Source: Polyangiales bacterium
GTDB lineage: Bacteria; Myxococcota_A; Polyangia; Polyangiales; Polyangiaceae
Reading direction: 5' to 3'
NCBI GenBank assembly: GCA_038230375.1
Contig: JBBRNJ010000056.1
Span: 1 to 62,127 of the forward strand
Length of the DNA: 62,127 bases
The translations under genes were made by a program, and so were the position numbers. A model generated the notes under the pieces. That model saw only the letters and a list, made by a program, of their open reading frames with translations, did no database searches and was not told the origin of the DNA. Below are positions 47,629-55,964 of the stretch, in pieces; positions within the stretch are counted from its first letter, which is position 1; each line of letters opens with the position of its first letter.

Positions 47629-47661
47629 GTTCACGTCCCGTTCACATGCCGTTCATCGCCG
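47629..47661. promoter_or_regulatory. Three 11-bp direct repeats starting GTTCA (OmpR/PhoB-type box candidate)
   Basis: GTTCACGTCCC GTTCACATGCC GTTCATCGCCG in a divergent intergenic region. Confidence 0.55.
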
Positions 47662-47790
47662 GCAGCACCCGACGCGAGACGGCGCACGAGCCACCTCCGC
47701 GATGACTTGCTCGCTGAACTTTGCAGAAGGAAAGCGACGTGAGCGAACCCGCTCGACGCGGATCGTGTGACGCCTTAGGCTCTCGCCGCG

Positions 47791-48306
47791 ATGAGAAGCG
47801 CGCGCTTGCTGGTCATGGTCGCACTGTTGACGGCCACGTTCGCTGTTGTGGGGTGCGCCAAGCAGCCCACGATGCGCCTGAATCATGCAGAGGTGTCGGG
47901 CGTGGTCTTTGGGCTGCCACCCGGCGTGATGATGACTGTCGTGATGGATGTGTACAATCCGAACTCCTATGACGTGGCCGTTCGCTCGATGCAAGGTGAG
48001 GTGATCTTCCTGGATCGTTACTCCCTGCCCATCCAGTTCGAGTCACCCGGGGAAGGCACGTGGCTCGCCGCGAATGCGACCACGCAGGTGCGTGTGCCCG
48101 TGAGCGTTCCGGGGGAGCTCGCGGCTCGCTTCGTGAGCGACGCCATCGCACAACCCACGATCCCATTCACCGTGAAGGGCAAAGCCAACGTGACGGCCAC
48201 GCGGTCGCTCAAGGTGGAGTCGGACAACTACGCCATCGATGCCCGCGGCGAGCTCTCGCGCGCCGACCTGCAGTCAGCGGCGCTCGGGCTGTTCATGCCG
48301 CACTGA
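47791..48306 (+). CDS. LEA type 2 / WHy domain lipoprotein
   Basis: Lipobox VVGC; VYNPNSYDV signature; beta-sandwich pattern. Confidence 0.85.
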   Translation: MRSARLLVMVALLTATFAVVGCAKQPTMRLNHAEVSGVVFGLPPGVMMTVVMDVYNPNSYDVAVRSMQGEVIFLDRYSLPIQFESPGEGTWLAANATTQVRVPVSVPGELAARFVSDAIAQPTIPFTVKGKANVTATRSLKVESDNYAIDARGELSRADLQSAALGLFMPH

Positions 48307-48566
48307 CCGTTCGTCGAGACGGTCTGGGTTTCGGTGACTCGCCTCAAAGGTGGCTTCGTGAGGCCCAGCATGGACGACGGTTTTGCAACATGACCCGCCG
48401 CGTCGGCTGACGACCATTCTTGATCGAGATCGAATCGAATCGTGATCTTGGGTCGCGCGGTTTGATCCTGACATCGTCACGGCGCGATCAAGCTTGTTTT
48501 GATGGCGATCCGTATTGTCTCTCTCACGGGCGGCGCAGTGTCGCTCGGTTTCCTGGAGAGTCTTCA

Positions 48567-49492
48567 ATGCGTACCTCGTCATTTGCCCAGATCTCGGTCT
48601 CTTCGCTTGCGCTCCTTGCGGCGGTCGGCGCCTGCACGGGCGATACGTCTGCCACCGCCACCGAGCCTGTCGCGACAGCCGGCTCCGATGCGGGCGGCAA
48701 CGTTTCGCCCTCGCCCTCCACAACGCCCAAGGCAGATGCGGGAACGCCGCCGGTGTCGAACGACGCGGGCGCGCCTCCGCCTCCCGCCTGGAGCCCCAAG
48801 GATCTGGGGTCGCTTGCGGTCTGGCTTCGCGGAGATCTGGGCGTGCACACTGGCGCCGCCGGCATGGTCACCAATTGGGACGACCAATCGGGCCTCGGCA
48901 ACGACGCGAATGCGGTCATGGGCGCTGGGCCCGTCGCGACGAAGGGCGCTCTCTCGCCGCTGACGTTCGACGGAGCGCAGATGATGACAATCAAGGACGC
49001 AGCGTCCATCCGCTGGGGTTCCGACTTCACGGTCATCGTGGTCGCGAGCTCCGCCCAGGCCGCGAAGACCTACGGTGCCCTCTACGGCAAGACCGCCGTC
49101 GCAGCTCCGTACGCGGGGCCGGCGCTCTTCACGGACTATCCCGGCGGCGCGACGCCGTTCACTGGCTCCGTGGGCGGTCAGTTGGACATCGGCAACTTCG
49201 TTGTCTCCGCCGAGACGGCGCTCGACGACCAGAGCCCGCGCATGTTCGCGATGCGACGCTCCGGCGCGATGATTGGCCTCCGCGTCAATGGGGGCGCGCC
49301 ACGCAGCAGCTGATGAATCCCACGGACACCAGCGCCATGGGCGTTGATGCCTTCGTCGGTGGCCATCCGAATGTGGCGCAGCAAGGCTTCATCGGATCCA
49401 TGTACGAGGTCATCGGCGTGGGCGCCGCCCTTGACGACGCGACCTACGCGAAGGTCGTGACGTACGCCACGAAACGCTACGGCATCAAGTGA
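48567..49492 (+). pseudogene. LamG/ConA-like lipoprotein with a 1-nt frameshift near 49292 (pseudogene or sequencing error)
   Basis: Lipobox VGAC; WLRGD.G..V.NWDDQSGLGNDA; LRVNG continues in the -1 frame as ATQQLMNP..FIGSMYEVI..KRYGIK; G5 run at 49290-49294. Confidence 0.8.
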
Positions 49493-49521
49493 AGACGAGA
49501 GATGGAGAAGGGAGAAAAGTC

Positions 49522-50412
49522 ATGAACCAGGAAGTTTTTGCAGGGATCAAGGTGCTCGTCGCGATGGCGGGCGCGGACGGAGTCATTCACGCGAGCGAGC
49601 GCCGCGCGATCGCCAATGTCCTCGACGGCGAGGAGCTGCCCGACGGGCACACGCTCCCTGGCTTGCTGGGCTCGCCGATCGATCTGGAGCTGGAGCTATC
49701 GCGGATCGTCAGCGCGGAGGCACGTCGCGGCACCTATGCGGCGGCCTGTGCGATGGTCTACGTCGATGGCGAGGTATCGGATGTGGAGCGCGCGCTCCTT
49801 GTCCGCGTGTGGAAGGGTCTTCTGCTCGAAGGCCCGCACGAAGAGCCAGACGCTGGGCTCGACTTCATGAACATGAGCGCCGTCGCCCCGGGCCCCACGG
49901 TCGTGAAGATCTTCGATGCGGAGGCGCGGTCGCGCTTTCTCGGTGAGGTGATCGCGCGCGCCGCGGCGTTCAGTGCGGCGCTGGCCACTGCGTCGTTGCC
50001 CGTCAGCGCGGAGACCTGCCTCTTCACCCACAAGGTCCGGCTCGCGCGCAACATCGGCCGCGCGTACGGGCACGAGACGAGCGACGCGTTCTGGCGCGCG
50101 TTCGTCGTCAACGTCGTCGGCGCGGCGGCGCCCTGGTTTGCGATCTCGTCGCTCCTTGCCCGCGTCCCCGGCTCTCCTCCGGCGGCCTCCGCCTACGCCG
50201 GGACCTTCGCGCTCGGCAAGGTCACGACGATCTACTTCGAGAGCGGAGAAGACATGTCTCCCGCCGCCCTTCGCGAAGCATTCGCGCTCGCGCGGGTGGA
50301 AGGGCTTCATGCCGCCACGGAGGCGAGCGTAGAGATCGACGCCAACCGGACGCGCATCTCGGAGCCGTTGGCGCAACGGGAACGTAGTCGACTGAACTGT
50401 CGCAGGTCTTAG
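49522..50412 (+). CDS. TerB-like domain + DUF697-like protein
   Basis: MAGADGVIHASE and VDGEVSDVER (TerB motifs); IGRAYG and YAGTFALGK resemble DUF697. Confidence 0.72.
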   Translation: MNQEVFAGIKVLVAMAGADGVIHASERRAIANVLDGEELPDGHTLPGLLGSPIDLELELSRIVSAEARRGTYAAACAMVYVDGEVSDVERALLVRVWKGLLLEGPHEEPDAGLDFMNMSAVAPGPTVVKIFDAEARSRFLGEVIARAAAFSAALATASLPVSAETCLFTHKVRLARNIGRAYGHETSDAFWRAFVVNVVGAAAPWFAISSLLARVPGSPPAASAYAGTFALGKVTTIYFESGEDMSPAALREAFALARVEGLHAATEASVEIDANRTRISEPLAQRERSRLNCRRS

Positions 50413-50649
50413 GGCGCGAGCACGCGCCGGACTATCTCAGGCGTGGAGAGTCCGCTCGGTCCGCCGCGCGCGGTCGGCGATATTCGATGAGGCGTCGCTT
50501 CCGGCAGCCCTCACGCGTGAGCATCGAACAAGGGTGGGCGTCTGGGGCATCGTGCGCGTCCTCGAAGGAGCGCTCACGTATCGCGTGCTCACACGGGGAT
50601 TCACTTTCGCCTTCAAGTCGAATTCTACGACCATGACCCCCACGCGTGC

Positions 50650-52965
50650 TCACGGACTCTCGTCCGGTGTGTCTCCCGCAGACTCCGTGAAGAGCGCTCC
50701 CCCTCCGGTGCTGACGACGACCGCCGCGCCGGGTCGCCGAAACCTGACGCCGAGCCAGCAGAGCCAGAGCAACGGCAACACCCCGAAGACGATGAAGATC
50801 ACGTCTCCCGGCAGGCGCAGCCATTCGAGGAATCGGTTCGTCGGGTTCGTCAGGAAGCTGAGCTCGCGCGCTTCGTAGTAGCCGTGGTTCACGGACTCGT
50901 AGAGTTGCAGGAGGCCGAGCGGTAGCAGCGCGACGAAGACCATCCAGGCAAGGCCGATGTTCAGCGACCAGAAACAAACCTTCGCTGCGCGCTCGGACCA
51001 GCGCTCTTCGGGGATCAGGTAGCGGAGGCCGAACAGCGAGAGACCTGCGGCCAACATGCCGTAGACGCCCATCATGGACGCGTGTCCGTGGTTCGCCGTG
51101 AGGGCCGTCCCGATCTCGTAGTAGGAAACGATGGGCAGGTTGATCAAGAAGCCGAAGATGCCGGCGCCCACGAAGTTCCAGAAGCCTACCGCGATGAGAA
51201 ACATCAGGGCCCAGCGGTGCGGGAACGGGTGTGTCGTGGTCGCCTTCTGACCTTGTCCGATGCGCAAGAACGTCCACGCCTCGAGCGTCAGGAAGGTCAG
51301 CGGAATGACCTCTGCCGCCGAGAAGACGGCGCCGAGCGCCAGGTGCTCGACCGGCTCGCCGGAGAAGTAGACGTGGTGCATCGAGCCGACCACGCCGCCT
51401 GCGGAGTACAGGATCACGTCGAGGTAGATCAGGCGGAGTGCCGTCTTCTCCTCGACCACACCGAGGAGCACGAAGAAGTACGCGACCGTGATCGTCGTGA
51501 AGAGCTCGAGGAAGTCCTCGACCCACAGGTGGACGACCCAGAACCGCCAGAAGTCGGTGACAGTGAAGTTGCCACTGGGGTGCGCGAGAAGCCCAACCGC
51601 GTAGAACGCCGGAATCGCCAGAGCTGCAAAGAAGAAGAGCCATGGCATGTTGCCCATGTGCTCGCCGCGCAGGCGCTTGCGAAGCCCTCGGAAGAGGATC
51701 GCCACCCAACCGAAGAGGCCAATCGAGAGGAGCACCTGCCAGAGCCGACCAAGATCGAGATACTCGAACCCTTGGTTGCCGAGCCAGATGCTCGTGCTCC
51801 ATCCGTGGATCCCGCAGAGCTCGCCGCCCAGACTACCAACGACGACGATCACGAGCGCGCCGAGCAGCCCGTACGCGAGCAGGTGTTGGTTCTTCGGCTC
51901 GTGACCGGAGATGAGCGGAGCGAGGAAGATGCCCGCCGCGAGGAACGACGTCGACACCCAGAAGAGTGAGAGCTGGACGTGCCAGGTGCGCGCGAGGTTG
52001 TACGGAAGAACGGTCGACAGATCGATGCCGAAGAAGCTCGAGAGGTCGGCGCGATAGTGCTGCGTTGCACCACCGACCATCACCTGAACCAGAAAGAGGG
52101 CCGCCATCACCAGGAAGAACCACGCGCAGGCTCGCTGGGCGCGCGTGAGCTCCACGTCGCGCGGGCGCTTGAAGATCACCCGGGTCTGGTCGCGGCGGTG
52201 CCAACCAAGAAAATCCCAGCGCCCGAAGGCCGCGAACAGCAAGCCGGACCCGCCGAGCAGAGCGGCGAGCGAGATCATGCTGTAGACGAGCGCCGCGGCG
52301 GTGGGCTGATTGCGTACCAGTGGCTCCGGAGGCCAGTTGTTGGTGTACGAGTAGTTCTTGCCGGGTCGCTCCGCGGAAGCGACCCACGCCGTCCACGCGA
52401 AGAAGCTCGTGAGCGCGTGGAGGTCCGCTGGGTCGGACGCGCCCTTGAGGCTGACGCCCGTCTCGGTGGCGGGACGGGCGAAGAACTCGGTGTAGTGGCG
52501 CTCCATCGCCGCGAATGCGTGCGCCTGGGCAGCGGTGAAGCGCAGCGTGCCGGACTCCGGATCGTAGCGGTTGGTCTTGAAGTCGGAGACGACGCGCGCG
52601 GCCACGTTGCGCTCGCCCGCGTGCTCGTACGTCTCCGTCACGCCGAGCGCGGAGCGCCGGAGATAGTCGGCTGTGAAGTCCGGTCCCAGGTAAGCACCGT
52701 GACCGAAGACGGACCCAAACTCCATCAGCCCGGCGCGCAGGAAGATGCGCTGCCCTTGCTTGACGTCTTCACCGGAGAACACGACGGCGCCGTCTTCCGC
52801 GATGACCACGGTCGGGATGGGAGGGCCGGCCGTGTAGGTCCGGTAGGCGAGCAGTCCAAGCACGAAGAAGCCGAAGAGGACCACCAGCGCGGCCCATTGA
52901 ATCCACGCCCTCGAAACGAGCAGCTTGGGATTCGAGCTCGAAGTCGCTTCTGGGTTGGTACTCAT
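50650..52965 (-). CDS. norB: Quinol-dependent nitric oxide reductase (qNOR/NorZ)
   Basis: GSVFGHGAYLGPDFTADYL, YTNNWP, RTWHVQ, QGFEYLDLGR, VVHLWVEDFLE, GSMHH, NHGHASMMGVYG, WLRLPGD. Confidence 0.95.
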   Translation of the reverse strand: MSTNPEATSSSNPKLLVSRAWIQWAALVVLFGFFVLGLLAYRTYTAGPPIPTVVIAEDGAVVFSGEDVKQGQRIFLRAGLMEFGSVFGHGAYLGPDFTADYLRRSALGVTETYEHAGERNVAARVVSDFKTNRYDPESGTLRFTAAQAHAFAAMERHYTEFFARPATETGVSLKGASDPADLHALTSFFAWTAWVASAERPGKNYSYTNNWPPEPLVRNQPTAAALVYSMISLAALLGGSGLLFAAFGRWDFLGWHRRDQTRVIFKRPRDVELTRAQRACAWFFLVMAALFLVQVMVGGATQHYRADLSSFFGIDLSTVLPYNLARTWHVQLSLFWVSTSFLAAGIFLAPLISGHEPKNQHLLAYGLLGALVIVVVGSLGGELCGIHGWSTSIWLGNQGFEYLDLGRLWQVLLSIGLFGWVAILFRGLRKRLRGEHMGNMPWLFFFAALAIPAFYAVGLLAHPSGNFTVTDFWRFWVVHLWVEDFLELFTTITVAYFFVLLGVVEEKTALRLIYLDVILYSAGGVVGSMHHVYFSGEPVEHLALGAVFSAAEVIPLTFLTLEAWTFLRIGQGQKATTTHPFPHRWALMFLIAVGFWNFVGAGIFGFLINLPIVSYYEIGTALTANHGHASMMGVYGMLAAGLSLFGLRYLIPEERWSERAAKVCFWSLNIGLAWMVFVALLPLGLLQLYESVNHGYYEARELSFLTNPTNRFLEWLRLPGDVIFIVFGVLPLLWLCWLGVRFRRPGAAVVVSTGGGALFTESAGDTPDESP

Positions 52966-53013
52966 TCGGTGCTGTCGTAGCAGGGAATGGATGAACGGTG
53001 ACGTTGATGCCGA

Positions 53014-53032
53014 TGACGCAAGACGTGCGTCA
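53014..53032. promoter_or_regulatory. Inverted repeat upstream of qNOR (candidate operator)
   Basis: TGACGCA-AGACG-TGCGTCA, 48 nt upstream of the ATG. Confidence 0.5.
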
Positions 53033-53091
53033 ACACGCAATCCGTTCGCAGCCCCGTTGCCGTGTAGCAAGATCGCGGAGCCATGCCCATT

Positions 53092-54579
53092 TCAGTGCCA
53101 GAGGCCGGCCGTGAGCGACCATCCGAAGTAGTCTCGAGCGCCGTCGCCAGCGGCGCCGACCCGGAAGCTCGAGCCTTCGTCGAGCAGGCCGAACACATCC
53201 CACGAGAAGGTCCGAACGTCGAACCCGCCAGTGCCGTGCACGCGTGCGCTGCCGTCGTCGAAGCGACTGGGCTCCAGGTAGCTGCCTGCGCGGAGGACGA
53301 GACGCCCCGACCACGGCTCACCCTCGACCCCGACGCGCGGCGTGACGGAGACGCGGCGCCCCGAGCGTTCGACCTGCTGCGAAAGAAACGACTCGAAGCC
53401 GACGGCATCGCCGACGGGGCCCGACACGCGAAAGCCAAACGACACGAGAAGGCGCTTGCGTGGATACGAGTCGAAGCGCTGCTTGGCGATTCGCTTCTTC
53501 ACGGCCTGACGCGGCTCCGTTGGCCCACGCTCCTCCCTTGCGATCTCGGCGGCGGTGAGCGTGTCCGTATTCATCCATCGCAGGTTCATCGGCCGCGGCC
53601 CGACCTGGAAGGCGACGCCGGTGTCGATCTCCCAGGGGAGCACGATCCGATCAGGGAGGTACACGGTGCTACCGAGCACGTAGTTTCCGTTCGCGTCGGC
53701 GCTGATCTTGCTCGAGGCATTCGCCTTGCCCGCGACTGCGCTGCGCAACGTCAGGCCCAGACGGAACGGAAGCGCCGTCGGCGCGTAGAGCGCACCCATC
53801 TCGCCACCTACGCCGAGCATCGAGAACAGGCCCGACCCGCTGGCCAGGCTTGCAGCCGCCGTGACCTCTCCCGTCGTGGTTGCGACACTCGGTGTCGTCT
53901 GCCCACCTCCGCCCTGCAATCCGAGAGCGACGCCGCGAAGACCACCGCCGAGGTAGAGCTGATCGTCGAGGAACGAGTACGACGCGAGCAGCCGCGACTC
54001 CGCGAGCCGCAGCGTGACGTTGCCAACGCCATCCGCGCCGCCCGGGGAACCGATGTCGTACTGATAGAGATTGACCGTTGCACCGATGCCGAATCGCCCG
54101 TGCTGGAAGAGCGCGCCGATCGTGCCAAAGATGAAGTTGTTGTAGCGGAAGCCGCGTGACCCGTTGTTGTCGAAGTCGGTATTACGAAGGGTCGAAGGGA
54201 ATGTGACGCCAACCGCCAGGTCCCAGTCGTTCGTGGTCGACGAGTACGGCAACCTCACCGCGGGTGATGCCGCATTGAACGCCAGACCGTCCGCGCCCCC
54301 GCCGATCGCCGTGTACGCGCCCGAAAGCGCCGTCACTCGGCTACCGGCGAGCACCGGCCCGTGAAAGACGTCGACCCCGTAGTTGCTCGTGCCGATCCGA
54401 CTGCCAGGAGGCCCCAGCGGTTCCCCCGCGACCGCAGCGGTGGGCGCGCCGAGGAGCGTGATGATCGGGACTGCCGCCAGTGCTCTCCGTCCGTTCCGCC
54501 AGAACACTAACGGCGCTGCTCTTGGGTGAAGAGCAGGCGACTGCTCGGGACGCATCGAACGAGAAGACCCATGAGGCAC
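53092..54579 (-). CDS. Outer-membrane beta-barrel protein (FadL/PorV-like N-terminal plug motif)
   Basis: Signal peptide; RVTALSGAYTAI..FNAASP; alternating beta strands; ends GWSLTAGLWH; start uncertain. Confidence 0.72.
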   Translation of the reverse strand: MPHGSSRSMRPEQSPALHPRAAPLVFWRNGRRALAAVPIITLLGAPTAAVAGEPLGPPGSRIGTSNYGVDVFHGPVLAGSRVTALSGAYTAIGGGADGLAFNAASPAVRLPYSSTTNDWDLAVGVTFPSTLRNTDFDNNGSRGFRYNNFIFGTIGALFQHGRFGIGATVNLYQYDIGSPGGADGVGNVTLRLAESRLLASYSFLDDQLYLGGGLRGVALGLQGGGGQTTPSVATTTGEVTAAASLASGSGLFSMLGVGGEMGALYAPTALPFRLGLTLRSAVAGKANASSKISADANGNYVLGSTVYLPDRIVLPWEIDTGVAFQVGPRPMNLRWMNTDTLTAAEIAREERGPTEPRQAVKKRIAKQRFDSYPRKRLLVSFGFRVSGPVGDAVGFESFLSQQVERSGRRVSVTPRVGVEGEPWSGRLVLRAGSYLEPSRFDDGSARVHGTGGFDVRTFSWDVFGLLDEGSSFRVGAAGDGARDYFGWSLTAGLWH

Positions 54580-54610
54580 TTTCCTCCGGCAGACGAACTG
54601 GAGTCCGCGG

Positions 54611-55147
54611 ATGCGTGGGCCTCACGCAACCCCAGTGCCGACGATGAATAGGCTGAATTTGATGCGAACGCCGGCAGGAGTGCCACAACGCGCACATCAC
54701 GCGGGCCATGTTGCCACACGTCCATCTGGCGACATCTACGTCGCGTCACCGACGACGAAGCCGATGCTGTCGGTGTTCCAGACGGATGCGAACGGCGAGC
54801 AGTTTGGCGGCATCAGCGTGAGGGTAGCGGCTGGCGCAGATCTCGAGACCTTCAACACCATGAACACGTTCGCTGCGTTCACGGGTATCGCCATCAGTGA
54901 CGGGTTCATGACGTCCCACGGCGGCGGCGTCGGGTTCACGGAGGTCGCGGTGACCCTGGGCAACCTCGTGCCCATGCCCGAGGGCTACGATCCATTGGAC
55001 CGCTTGCGCGACTTCGGCACGCGGTTCTCCAGTATCCGTTCTCCACTCCGCACCAATGGCGTTTACGCCCTACCGTGCCCTCCGGGCACGACATGCGACT
55101 ACGCGGCAGCTTGCCATCACGTCGCCGTGCTGCCCCGCCCCTGGTGA
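54611..55147 (+). CDS. Hypothetical protein
   Basis: Open frame with GC-rich third positions from about 54730; no family recognised; start uncertain. Confidence 0.5.
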   Translation: MRGPHATPVPTMNRLNLMRTPAGVPQRAHHAGHVATRPSGDIYVASPTTKPMLSVFQTDANGEQFGGISVRVAAGADLETFNTMNTFAAFTGIAISDGFMTSHGGGVGFTEVAVTLGNLVPMPEGYDPLDRLRDFGTRFSSIRSPLRTNGVYALPCPPGTTCDYAAACHHVAVLPRPW

Positions 55148-55300
55148 GCTTCTGAGCTCCACGGTGGAGACATGCCGGCCACGATGCCGTCGAGCTCGCT
55201 CTCGCGGATGGGTCAGACGCGGCGCGACAGGCGTGGCGAGAATGCGCGCATCCAGCGCGGATCTCGCGCGGGAACGCCTCTGGTGGCCGGAGATCTGGCC

Positions 55301-55316
55301 TGGCACGTCACTCGCA
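55301..55316 (+). promoter_or_regulatory. Putative sigma54 promoter of the BON gene
   Basis: TGGCACGTCACTCGCA, 33 nt before ATG 55350, followed by AAGGAG. Confidence 0.7.
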
Positions 55317-55349
55317 CGTGAGGGCAGTGAGACCGAAAGGAGCGTGACC

Positions 55350-55733
55350 ATGTACACCAAGACCCTGGCGACGATATTCACGTTGAGCGCCCTCATGGCA
55401 TGCCGCAGCGCCGTTGCTCCACGAGTCGGCAGCACGGACACCATGGTTGCGCAGCTACCTTCCGCCGACGCCGTGTACGGCGACATCAACGCGCCCGAGG
55501 TCGAGGGTAGGTCCGAGACCGAGCGAACAATCACGGCCGAGATCCGGAAGGTCGTCGTCGCCGATCGCGAGCTTTCATCGAGCGCAAAGAGCGTGATGAT
55601 CATCACGCAAGGCAACAAGGTCACGCTCCGCGGTCCCGTGAAGGACACGCACGAGAAGGCCAAGCTTGAGGTCTACGCGCGCCGCACCGTGGGCGTATCC
55701 GCGGTGGATGACCAGCTGGAAGTGAAGCAGTGA
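55350..55733 (+). CDS. BON domain lipoprotein (OsmY-like)
   Basis: Lipobox LMAC; ITAEIRK..LS..AK.V.IIT..KVTLRGPV..VGVSAVDDQLEV. Confidence 0.92.
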   Translation: MYTKTLATIFTLSALMACRSAVAPRVGSTDTMVAQLPSADAVYGDINAPEVEGRSETERTITAEIRKVVVADRELSSSAKSVMIITQGNKVTLRGPVKDTHEKAKLEVYARRTVGVSAVDDQLEVKQ

Positions 55734-55964
55734 CAGCCCATGAAGAACGAGGAAATCATGAACCGCGAGGCGGAGGAGAAGGGCAAGCGCGGCGCGCCGA
55801 CCCATTCCTCGCAGCGCTGACGCGGTCCATCGGAGCCATGGGCGCGACGCGTTGGACGGGGCGGAATGGTGTGGATGGGGCGCCTTGCCGCGATCTTGTA
55901 CGTGAGCCTGCGGGGTTACGTGAGCCTCCGGAAGTGCACGGATCGTGCACCCCTGGACGACACG

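Noticed and set aside
48531..48545. Sigma54 promoter upstream of the LamG-like gene
   Set aside because: GG-to-GC spacing is 9 nt rather than the required 10.
50437..50643. Small ORF downstream of qNOR
   Set aside because: No recognisable motif, weak codon bias and no clear RBS.
50650..52965. Nitric oxide dismutase (Nod)
   Set aside because: The His ligands and catalytic Glu residues of canonical qNOR are retained.
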